A program made the position numbers and the translations under genes. Shown here one piece after another: positions 22,323 through 33,800 of a stretch of DNA of 64,000 nucleotides. Source of the stretch: Oculina patagonica (lineage: Eukaryota); the NCBI RefSeq assembly GCF_052425735.1, contig NC_135768.1, forward strand, positions 21,328,001 to 21,392,000, given 5' to 3'. The number at the start of each line of letters is the position of its first letter. Within the stretch, counting starts at the first letter, position 1. Under the pieces are notes generated by a model. It was not told where the DNA came from and did no database searches. It saw only the letters and a list, made by a program, of their open reading frames with translations.

Positions 22323-24618
22323 TACCCTCAGTCCGTAAACAAACAAATGTAAATAGGCAACCTCTCAACCAAACGCCTTCGGCGAACATTGTAAAAAACA
22401 ACAATGAAGAAATAGCCGAATTACGAAAAGGACTCTCTGACTTACAAGAGACTGTTTGTAAATTGGTAAATAAACTTGATGGACGGTTTCATTAAAGGCG
22501 AAGCAATAAGATTGCTCAGAACAAACTCTTCGAAAAAAACATTTGAAGAGAGCCTTGTGAAATTCAAACAACGCCTTCAAGCACGCGGGTATCCCGAAAA
22601 CATCATAGAAAGGTCTTTGTCAGAGGTCAACTTTGCCTCTAGACAATCGGCTCTTACACAAAAGAAAAAAAGTCACGAGAGGATTTTGCCTTTTGTCACC
22701 ACATACCACCCGGCTGTTAAAAACGTTAAACAAATACTGATGGAACAATGGAGCCTAATACAAAATCAGCCTTTGCTGAAAACGATCTTTAAAAATCCTC
22801 CGATCGTCTCTTTCAAAAAGGGTAAATCCCTGAAAGACATGCTTGTTAGAGCAAAAATATAATTTGAAGGTGTTAATGCGACGCGACCACAAAAGGCACA
22901 CAGGGAGTCCGTGCAGGCCTGTCATTTATTTTTATTTCAGTTTGATGTTTTCCAGACAGGCCCCGTCCTTGTGTGCGATCACTGTAGCGTGCATAATGAG
23001 TTAATGCACAATTGTACACATGTACAAAATACAAAATAACGCTTAATAATAACATTTTAAGCGTATTCTTTACGAAGGATAAAGAAATACTATTACGGAA
23101 AACCGTAAAAAACTATCACTATGCGTCTTAGTAGCCTTTATGGCTTACTATACAGCAAAACAAGCCTTCTCAAAAACACAAGCTCACCTTCACAATGAGT
23201 AGGATCGAAATCCCCTGCACCTGATTGGTTTGTTAAACAACATCAAGAACCAATAGGAATAGTGCAAACTCGATCCTCTACCCTAACGGTTCACATATAT
23301 AAAGGTCAAAAAAACATTTTTCTTTCGGGAACGGAATTGAGAAAACATCTCTACCTTTCCCTGAGAAACTTTGCAACACTAGCATCAAACGACAGCTGAA
23401 GAGACTCGAGAAGAGTCGAAACCGCCGGTCCTGTTGTAGCCACCATAAATAGTTGCAGTTTAATATGTCTGCCGTTGACCAACCTCTGGCAATACACCAT
23501 GATGATGTCAATGATGAACACGACATCGAACCACCAAAGACGCCAGACTATCGTCCCAATGGCGACGACTTAGAACTGAACGACCAAGAAATGTCTGCCA
23601 TAATGGAAGACTATGACGAGGAGAACAGTCCTCCGCCATCGCAACCACGGCCAGTACGTTCAACTCAGTACCAGCCTAAAAGAGAACGTGAAAACAGCCC
23701 GCCAAGACAAAACGGACAAAACCCTGTGAAGCGAGGACAGAAAAGGAAATACACAGACACAAACGCTGTGCAGGCTAAAATAGCCAAAACAGAACAATCT
23801 ATCGAAAAACTTGAAAAACATTTAGCAAATCGGACTTGTCCGAAATCTTTGCAATATACGGCCAAACCAAACATTACGCCAGACACCACCTTCGATAGAG
23901 AAATAAAGGGTATCAAACAACAAGCAGAGCAAAGCTTGGTGGATGCCCTTTCTCGCTTCCATAAACGAAGGCTCGAGAGCCATAAACGGAGGGCTAACAA
24001 TGTACCCTCAGTCCGTAAACAAACAAATGTAAATAGGCAACCTCTCAACCAAACGCCTTCGGCAAACATTGTAAAAAACAACAATGAAGAAATAGCCGAA
24101 TTACGAAAAGGACTCTCTGACTTACAAGAGACTGTTTGTAAATTGGTAAATAAACTTGATGGACGGTTTCATTAAAGGCGAAGCAATAAGATTGCTCAGA
24201 ACAAACTCTTCGAAAAAAACATTTGAAGAGAGCCTTGTGAAATTCAAACAACGCCTTCAAGCACGCGGGTATCCCGAAAACATCATAGAAAGGTCTTTGT
24301 CAGAGGTCAACTTTGCCTCTAGACAATCGGCTCTTACACAAAAGAAAAAAAGTCACGAGAGGATTTTGCCTTTTGTCACCACATACCACCCGGCTGTTAA
24401 AAACGTTAAACAAATACTGATGGAACAATGGAGCCTAATACAAAATCAGCCTTTGCTGAAAACGATCTTTAAAAATCCTCCGATCGTCTCTTTCAAAAAG
24501 GGTAAATCCCTGAAAGACATGCTTGTTAGAGCAAAAATATAATTTGAAGGTGTTAATGCGACGCGACCACAAAAGGCACACAGGGAGTCCGTGCAGGCCT
24601 GTCATTTATTTTTATTTC
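22320..24618 (+). mobile_element. PLE-B partial tandem (1680-bp monomer, ~620-bp pseudo-LTR), internally deleted non-autonomous Penelope-like element
   Basis: 22320-22938 repeats 24000-24618. The monomer has a hairpin-rich segment, TATA-like tatataaa (23296), a hammerhead, an N-terminal ORF (ATG 23465..24175, with a HLANRTCPKSLQY..P motif and coiled-coil-like segments) abutting, out of frame, the RT C-terminal ORF 24156..24542. No RT core or GIY-YIG. Confidence 0.88.
23390..23436 (+). ncRNA. Intact type I hammerhead ribozyme
   Basis: cgacag-CTGAAGA-gactc(gagaa)gagtc-GAAA-ccgccgg-TC-ctgttg: 6-bp stem I, 5-bp stem II, canonical core, GUC triplet with predicted cleavage after C23430. Confidence 0.88.
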
Positions 24619-24623
24619 ATTTT

Positions 24624-24693
24624 GGAGAATAAAACTTCAGTCAACAAGATTTCTTCGTTGCTTGTGCTGCTCACTAGTATTTTGTAAAAAATT
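24624..24693 (+). mobile_element. Third copy of the ~70-bp PLE-A terminal unit
   Basis: ggagaataaaacttcagtcaacaagatttcttcgttgcttgtgctgctcactagtattttgtaaaaaatt, the reverse complement of 20578-20647. Confidence 0.9.
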
Positions 24694-27013
24694 GGAAGTT
24701 TACTTTTTACGAACATAAACGTAAATAATTATTAAAACTATGATGGACATATATCGCTGTTAGATCCGTTCAGTTGTCATTAATGGAAATAAAATACGAA
24801 AAGTTTCTCATTTTGTTTTAAAACAACTATATAAAAGGTTTCGATTTTCTGGGCTTGGACTCCTGAAGCCCCACCAACAAGAGAGGCACAACTGTAAAGG
24901 GTCATTCTATTTTTAAATTTCAGCCGAATAATTTTGTGCTTTGTGTTAAATGTCCTGGCGCCGAGTTCTGTCGCTGTGTACGTGTTCGGTCTCTTTAAAT
25001 TGAATTATAAATTAATTTTATTTTGTGATGTGCATCTGAATAAATGAATGAATGGTTTTTGCACGATCGAAACCTTTTATATAGTTGTTTTAAAACAAGA
25101 TGAGAAACTTTTCGTATTTTATTTCCATTATAAATGACAACTGAACGGAAACTAACAGCGATATATGTTCATAATATTTATGTACGTTTATGTTTATAAC
25201 TGAAGTCAACTTCCAAATTAATAATACTACGCAAGTTACGGCTTTGACGTGAGTTACCCGCCAGAGTAAATAAAAGGTACAAATCATTCCCAATTTCAGG
25301 TAAGTGAATGATATTATTATCTCATTCTTTAATCTTAAATTTGAAATGCAACTGAGTCCTAACAAACAAATCAAATTCAATTGTTGACAAGAAAATTTAT
25401 AACGTGACGCAGGTCACGCAATGAGCTCAGTCGATGATTTTACTGTTTTTTCTTCTTTCTTCGCGTTTATATAACCTGTTGATAGGCATAAGACGTCAAC
25501 AAAATCAAATTAAGTTTAAACTTGCTTTCTTTGTGCAAATCATAGCTCCCAAATTTAAATTTAGCGGACCAGATCACTTAGCGGAGAACGAATTCAAAAC
25601 TTAGCTTTATGCAAATTAGACACGAGGAGGTCGTAAACTTTGGTTTCTCATTTGTGTGAATCTTGAGTACCCAGATTTTTTATTTAATATTATAACATAA
25701 GAGACATCGAGCTTTTGCACAGTGTTTAGTTTGACTCGATATCGGACATATCAAGGTGCTTTTTCGGCCTCCAAAGTTTCTCAATTTTTGCCCTTTCCCG
25801 AAGTGCTTGATAAAGCAATATTTTAAAAGGCGAAGGAAACCTCAAAATAGCCGGAAAAAATTAAAGGTGTATGTTGCCTGAAAGAATAAAGGTCAAGCTA
25901 TTATTCTAAGTTTATTTCGATTCAGAGCATTGAAAATTGCTCTTATAGGAATATCGAGAACTTTGCCATTTTTACGCATATTTTTTGCATATTTTTTCTT
26001 AATTTCTCGAAAACCATAAATTCCTAGAAGATGAGAATAATATTTTCGAACATAGTTCCCCAAAGGTGTTATTCAGGCAAAGTTTCAAGATTTTCGATTT
26101 CCCCAGCCTGTCCAACGATTCTTCATATTCTCAGTCGGAGCCTCTTAACTATGTAATCTTTGGAACGCCAACCTCTAAACAACACCTTTGATCTATATCA
26201 TACATAAAGCATATAAAGACGAAAGCTTACTTTAGCCGTCTATTAAACACGACAGAAATCTGGCGCTCACGACACCTGTTGGAAAACGAGCGTAAAATTT
26301 GTTATAGAAAGACTTCTTTCTGTATTAAATCTGACAAAGTCCGTCTACAATTCCGTGACTACAAATTTTTTTCAACACAATCTTTGGCAACACGCTAACA
26401 CTTGTAAAAGATATTTAAGCTTTTTTTGTTCCGATTTCTTGCGGGTTTCACTGCGGTTATTAAACTTCAAAATTAAACATCTCTCAAATTCCGTCGTTGT
26501 ATTCAATCTTCTCCTCGATACTTCCCATCACGACTAAAACAATTCATTTCCTCCTTCTTTTAACACTTAATAAAATAAATTTTTTAATAGGAAATCACGT
26601 GTTTGTATTCCTGTTTTTTAAGTAAATCGTCCTCTCGATTTCTAGCTTACGTGACTCCTCGCAAAAGATAAAAGAAATTTGCAGATGGACGCGTTTTTTG
26701 CAAGCTCTTCCATGTAAACATGATTTATAGTAAGGAGAACAAGCTTTTGGACGAAACTAGTTCTTGGAGCTTGAAAGCTCAGAAGAGCCGAACAACGTCT
26801 TGTTTTAATTGCTCGTTTATGTAAACATTCAAATAATAATGACGTAGGCGTGATTATGAACGTAATCTTTCGAATCCTATTTTTGTTATTTTCCTATCCT
26901 ATGGAATTACCGAATAGAGCTCGCTGCAGTTTGCTAATTAACACGTTCTTCAAATGACTTCCGCTTTCCTGCGCACGTGCGCACGTGCGCTCTAGCTGCA
27001 GTGGTGACTTTAA

Positions 27014-27355
27014 GGCCCCGTCCACACTGACCCGGGTAAATTTGAAAACGGAGAAATTCGAAAACGCCGGGTTAAATCTGACTCGTCCCCAGTCGTCTCT
27101 TATGCGAAAATTGCAACACGCGAAGGATGATGGGAAGGAGGAAAGGACTCAAAGACGACTGGGGACGAGTCAGGGGTTAAATGTTTTCCGTCCACATTAA
27201 CCCGGGTAAATTTGAAAACGATACCCACTTTGGAGAGCGTTTTTGAAAAGTACCGTTTTCGGTGACCAAAAACGCCGTTTCAGTGTGGTCGGTTGGCCTA
27301 TCCGGGTAAATAAAGGTGCGTTTTCAAATTTACCCGGGTCAGTGTGGACGGGGCC
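27014..27355. mobile_element. PIF/Harbinger-type MITE
   Basis: 37-bp perfect TIR ggccccgtccacactgacccgggtaaatttgaaaacg; TAA TSD on both sides. Confidence 0.9.
27078..27173. mobile_element. 96-bp mini-MITE nested in the Harbinger MITE (9-bp TSD)
   Basis: TIR ctgactcgtccccagtcgtct / agacgactggggacgagtcag; TSD gggttaaat at 27069-27077 and 27174-27182. Confidence 0.85.
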
Positions 27356-27721
27356 TAAAAAAACAAGCTTTTTCTGTAGTAAGCATTACTTTCTTTTCCT
27401 TTGTTTTTCATTGAACAAAATCCTTAAGAAGCTTATTTTTTTATACAGTTTCCTTTGACTCAAAAAGGTAACTTTTCTGGACAATTGTGTAGTTTTATCT
27501 CATGTTCCATGCCGTATAAAGTCATAGCATTTTCGTCCATACAAGAATTTTTAGTGCCGTTCACGAAAAACTTCCCGTGTTTTTCAGACCATCGCCACTG
27601 TGCTAAAAATTGCTTCGAAAGAAACGTTAATCTATTACTGCACTTAACGACTCAGCAGTCACCTCTTTGAAGTATGTTTTCTCACCTCATTCTAAACATT
27701 TTTTTGTTATTATCTTTTAAG

Positions 27722-28336
27722 CTTTTGTGACGGTTAATCTCTGGCATCGAATCAAGCGCGATGTATCCAGTAATCACACTTCGGCCAACACAACCCACGT
27801 GCAGAACTTAACCACCACGGGGGTCCCCACAATAGCTACTACCTATAGACGCCCTTTCTTTGGCTGGCCAACGAGACGAAGAAACACACCAAGGCCAACT
27901 GTATCTGCCCTAAATTTAACAGGACTAACAGAAGTTCAAATAGAGAAGCTATTAAGAGGAAACAGAAGTTCTGTTCCACTAAATCATCTGGGATTTCCAA
28001 AAATTCCCAACAGTCATCGCGGCACGCGTCGACCTCCAACGCGAACCAAACATAACGCAAGCAAACCCAATCAGACTTCAGGAAAAAACGGCGAGGGGAA
28101 CTTCCATACCGAAATTATGGGCGAGCTCCGCAAACGAGAAAATGGAACCCAAACTTCAATTTTGGATTCAAACGGAGCCACATCAACTAATTCTGTGGTG
28201 GTTAGCAGCAAGGAGCTCAGAAAGAATCTCGCAATAATAACCGACGGGGTATTTCCTTGGTCATCGCAAAACACAGCATTTGGATCTCTGTCGTTGCCAG
28301 CTTGTTACTGTCCGCGTTCATTTGTCTAACGGTGCA
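27722..28336 (+). pseudogene. Inverted, frameshifted and 3'-truncated paralog of the membrane-glycoprotein gene (exon 2 only)
   Basis: Homologous acceptor then ...HRIKRDVSSNHT...RRPFFGWPTRRR.... A 16-nt deletion at 28213/28214 shifts the frame before the TM; homology stops after CLTVH; no exon 1 found upstream. Confidence 0.8.
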
Positions 28337-30822
28337 TCCTTGCAAACTCTGTTATTTTTCTTAGAGTTGTACAAATTGTATCTCGAGAACTGGATCCCAT
28401 GCTCTTGACAAACTAAACACAACTGTAATTTGAAGTACGTTTGGAATGATGAGTTTAAAGGGGCACTCTCATGAACACGACTTTAATAACACAACAGCCA
28501 AAAGTCACGTTCACATCACTGAAAAACTACAAGTAATGGTCAAATGTTTTTTTTTTAAAAAATTACTAAACTAGTGCACTGAGGTTTAATATTATGGCTG
28601 GAAACATGGGTGAACCGTGCACGAGCTCAAGGGTTTGACCACAAATCGACAAGACTTGGCAGCCTTTTTAAGATTCTGTCCTTGTGCCTTAAACATTTCT
28701 AAACACTTATCAAAATATTGCTCTATAGGCTTCAAAAAGTCGCTTAATATCTTCATTTTGGTATTCTTGACGCATTGCGTGTACAAGTAATGGTTCTTAG
28801 TCATATTTTTAGCGCTATTTTGGCCAAAAATGTAGTAATATCGCCGTGGCATTGCTCCGTTAAGATTCGGCTGACGTAATGAAGTCTTTAAATCGTTAAA
28901 CCACAACACAAGAAGCACGTTTCCTCGCTTGAAGTCTGTTCTAAGTCAAATAGTTGAGATTTGCAAAGGAAAACAGTTCGCTATTTCCTACAAAAGGAGT
29001 GGGTCTTTTAAAGAAAAAGTAACAATATATTTTCATGATTTAATTTGGAGCCAGCTCTCACACGTATATTTTATCTATTTATATACCACTAATACCTTAT
29101 ATGACCCCATTTTATAACTCCCAGTTACCTTTCAAGTATTGTAAAGCCAATTGGTAAAAATAATTACTTCGGTACTTAAAGGATTTCCGGTTTAAATACT
29201 TGTCACTTGTCATCGGGTTTTCGAACTTTTCAACTTCCCCGTTAAACTTTTTTTATAAGAAAGCTATAGATCAAGATGCAACGTTCATGACGTTAAAATT
29301 CAAACAAGTGCCTCCTCTTCATCTTTGTAGCACGTTTTGTAATAACTTTCTTTGGTGTTGATTACGTATTTGCATTTGTTGTTGTTTCTTGGCAAGTTGT
29401 TACTTCTTTTTAACCTTTGCACCACCTTTTATTGTATTTTGATCACTGGAAACTCAACTGATCCCACTTTCCTGGCTTAGAAGTACCCCATGCCGAAAGC
29501 TTTCTAAGGACAAAATTATCAATCACCAGAAGTGTGACGACACTACCACCTCATATTTTTGCATCGTTTAAAGCTTGTCGTCGCTTAATAAAAGAGCTGT
29601 TAAACCCTTTCAAGTGATATGTTTATCGAATGCTTTTAAATGTATGACGCAAAACCCCAGATATCGAAAGGATTTGCAATCAACCCGGAGGTAGCCGAAG
29701 TACTTTGCACTGAAAAAGGTTGGTTTAGTTTTGTGCTAGTTGGAGTACAACCGGCTATCACGTGCCGTTTACAGATTTGAAATCGATCAACGTGTCTCGA
29801 AGTTATGGCTCTTCCTTTAACGTATAAGAATGCCCTCAGACTGACTGAATAAACCAGTAAACCAAGTTAACTTTCTATCGGGACTTCAATTAATAAACCA
29901 AGCGCCACCCTCTCAAATTGTTTTTGCTTAATCCTTCCGACAGCCACGCGCACAGAACGACCTAAATAATTTGGCTTCTTTAGAGCTCAGTATTTTCTAT
30001 ATAGTTTTTTTATTTGTATTCTATTTTTGTATCTTCTGATGCTCTTTATCTTTTATCTTTACCATAATTGCTCGTCGAAGTCAAAAGTGAACAACCTGAA
30101 GGGACCACCCAGGTCAGAGAAAATACTTGCTTCTAGGAACAGATCACTGCGGACAAATGTCGCGTAATTTCGTTTCGCACAGAATGGGGGTTATTGTTTA
30201 TTGAACTCCTGTATTTTTAAAAAAAGGCAAAAAGAAACATTTTTGACCTCGGTTTTTTAGACAGTATTTTGGCGTTTTATTAAATTCTTCACTTGCAAGA
30301 GAAAGAGAAATGATTTGGACTTGACAAACATTTCCTTGAATAACTTCGAAAGGGGAGCTGTGCATAAATGATTCTTAAAGAAGTAAATTGAACCTTTTAC
30401 TTTAGTTCAGTTTATTTCCTTAAGTTAAAATCAACACGCCGGCTAAAACTACAATTGATTTAATTCGCGGCCTAAATCACGAAGCTACACCCCACTAAAA
30501 TTATATAAAGAACTCTTGAATGTTTCAAGCTCTTCGCACAAAACAGAGATTACAAAAACAAATAATATATCTTATGTGATAATTTCTAATTACAACATAC
30601 TGATATAAACAGTCAATAAGAATCGATCCTTTAAATGTATAGTCAATAGACTTAGAATGATTTTAATAAAGAAATAAAATTTACCAATTATTACTACTAC
30701 AATAACAATAAATGATCTACAACAACTATAATTTCTATTCGGAAAGCATCTACCAAACGTGCCGTTTTAAACGAGTTCATTGAGCAAGTTTATTATGAGC
30801 GGCTTTCTCGTTTGATGGATTG

Positions 30823-33800
30823 TCATGCTTTAAAAATAACTGCTGGAGACCGCTGACTTTTGTTACTCGCAGGAGCAATCGTCAGCTTTCCACGTTTCTT
30901 CTGTCGTACCCAGTGCACCGTTAGACAGATTAACGCGGACAGTAACAAGCTGGCTACGACAGAGATCCAAATGCTGTGTTTTGCGATGACCAAGGAAATA
31001 CCCCGTCTGTTGTCGTTGCGAGATTCTTTCTGAGCTCCTTCTGGATGTGGGACCTTGTTGATAAAGTCTATGGAATTAGTTGATGTGGTTTCTTTTGAAC
31101 GCAAAGTTGAAGCTTGAGTTCCATTTTCCCTTTTGCGAAGCTCGTCTATAATTTCGTGAGAAGAGTTTCCGTCACGGTCTTTTCCTGAAGTCTGAATGGG
31201 TTTGCTTGCGTTATGTTCAGTCCGCGGTGGAGGTCGACGCGTGCCGCGATGGCTGTTGGGTATTATTGGAAATCCCAGATGATCGAGAGGAACTTCGCTT
31301 TTGTTTCCTTTTAATAGTTTATGTATTTGAACTTCTGTTAGTCCTGTTAAATTCAGGGCAGATCTAGTTGGCCTTGGTGTGTTTCTTCGTCTCGTTGGCC
31401 AGCCAAAGAAAGGGCGTCTATGGGTAGCTACTGTGGGGACCCCCGTGGTGGTTAAGTTCTGCAGCTGAGTTGTGTTGGCGGATCCAGAAGTGTGATTACT
31501 GGACACATCGCGCTTGATTCGGCGCCCGTGATTCCAAGAAGCTAAAGATATTAGAACAAAAAATGTTAATTATTAAATGACAGAAGACAATTTCAAGAGG
31601 TGATTAATCAAGATTGCCTTTGGGAGCTTGCTGTCTTATGACAAGAACTTCCACCGCTATGGTTTCAAGATGTAGTGGCGACAGTAAAAAAACACGAAGG
31701 TTTTAGTGTTAAAAGGCCAGAGAAAAAGGCTGTGACCTTAGGCAGGGGAAATACAAAGTTAAACGACTGAACACGGATCCAATAGTTACTTTAATTTTGC
31801 GGTAGTCGGAATTTATATACGGCTAAACTAAGTTGCTTAATCATTGTCTTCAGTAAAAATACTCTTAGAAGCTATATCTATTTTCTGTTTAAAAAGTAAA
31901 CAAAATCGAACCCGGTTGCACAACAAATCTCCCTTTGTACTGATCAGACCACCTGCGGAAAGATTGTATCCTATTCCATGCACGGAAACCAGTCCTTTAA
32001 ACCAAAGAAACAAAAAAATAAACAAACAAACAAAACCATTTGAGGGTTGGTCACGGCCTTCTTACAGCGCAAAAACCAGGCCAAAAATACGAAAATATAC
32101 TGCTTGCAGTGACCTGTTCAATCGGATTGCGTGCACCTGTACATAATATTAATCTGGGCGCACCATAGTCTGTAACTATTTCAGTGTTTATACAACAAAG
32201 ATAACACAAAAGGGTTTCCTTTAGCGAAGTTTGTTTGATATCAAGTTCTGTATTTTTAATCTCTGAATTTTGCTGATCTATAATTTTAATGTGTTTTTAA
32301 TCCGCATTTATTTCCACATCCGTCTGAGCTCGCAAAAACTTGCATCACCCAATACAGGTTTCTAATTTGAATGTTGCTTTGCTGTAAATTTGGCCTTAAA
32401 TACAGCTAAGGATGGCTAAGCTTTTTCTAATTTACACCTATAAATCAAGAAATTGGCTGAGAAAATTATGTGATTTAACATCATGCAATTCTCGTTGAAG
32501 TCAAATTTTCCAAACAAGGCATCTAAAAGTTTTATGATGATAACTGCTTGCTTTTGGGAGTTTGATAATACTTTATGTTTATGTGCGTAGTTGAAACAGG
32601 CTACCATATGTTTTCATAAAAATAGTCAAACGCTAGATAAAACTCTGCTGTGAAGCCATCATACCCTGGTGTTTTATTCTTTTGAAATGATTGTCAAATT
32701 CTCCTTACATAGATGGACCTATAAAATGAATCCATTAGAGTTTCATCGCATGAGTCTTTTTGGTAAAAATTTGAATAAAAACTACTGAGTTCCTCCATGA
32801 TCAACTTGGTATTTGTAGTTAAAGTTCCATTTTGTGCCAAAATCTTTCGAACTTAGCTCTTACCATCTGGCCCTTGAACGGACTATGACCCCTTGTGCAA
32901 TGAATTCGTAAAGAATGTCATAGTCAGTGTTTAGAATCTCCAATCTATTTAAATTTTCAACTGATGGATTTTGATTCTACAATGACTGACAATTATGTAA
33001 ATTATCTTCAACTTCCAACAGTTTTGACTTTCTTTCTCTTGCTTTTTTTTGCTGTAGGAAAATGGTTTTCTGTCTTATTTTTTGTGAGATCCCAGAGCAA
33101 TCTCGGATCTTCAACATCCTCAAATTCTTTTAATCATAATTGATAATTTTCACTTATCAAATCTACATAGGCACTGTCATTCAGAAGGCTTGCATCAAAT
33201 TTCCACAAAGATTGGCCACGTGTTTGGTTCTCTACACTTTTAATATAATGATTAATGTTATTCCCAAGTGATCAGATTTAACTGGAGGGTATAATTTTGA
33301 CTTGGTCAATGTCTTCTTGGATATAGCATAACCAGAAATCCAACCTCCTTTGCACAACTGATGTCTTCTGTCGCCATGTGAAAGACTTGGTGTCCGGATT
33401 CCTAACTCTCCAAACTCTCCAAATATGTACAAGGTCATATGATGAACAAATTTTTCAATGTGTTTGACTGATTCTTTTTATTTTGGATAGCCACCAAAGC
33501 CATCGAGTTTTGGATCCATAAGAACGTTGAGATCGCCACCAACTATCATTCTACAATTTTCGTAAATGCACATGTTATCTAACTCATCTTTAATGTTGTC
33601 AAAAAGAGGTTCTGCTCATTGTTTTGTTTGGAGCGTAAACATTCACAAATGTGAATTTCTGATCTTGCACTAAGGCTTCCAAAACGATATAACGACCTTG
33701 ACTGTCTTGACGCACAGGCTTTAGCTCAATTCTAAGGAATTTTTTATCGATTATAAGACGCCCCCGCCGTGCTGAGAGCCATGGGAGAAGAACATGTCAC

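Larger units (their letters stand above)
20099..26144. mobile_element. Non-autonomous foldback DNA transposon (Kolobok-like: TTAA TSD, GA...TC ends) hosting a PLE composite
   Basis: TTAA at 20095-20098 and 26145-26148. 20099-20488 is the near-identical reverse complement of 25783-26144. A second, inner inverted pair lies at 24690-24845 / 25067-25220. Confidence 0.85.

Noticed and set aside
21784-22404. 206-aa minus-strand ORF as a novel gene
   Set aside because: Chimeric read-through across the head-to-head PLE-B junction: an antisense start fused to a truncated N-terminal ORF.
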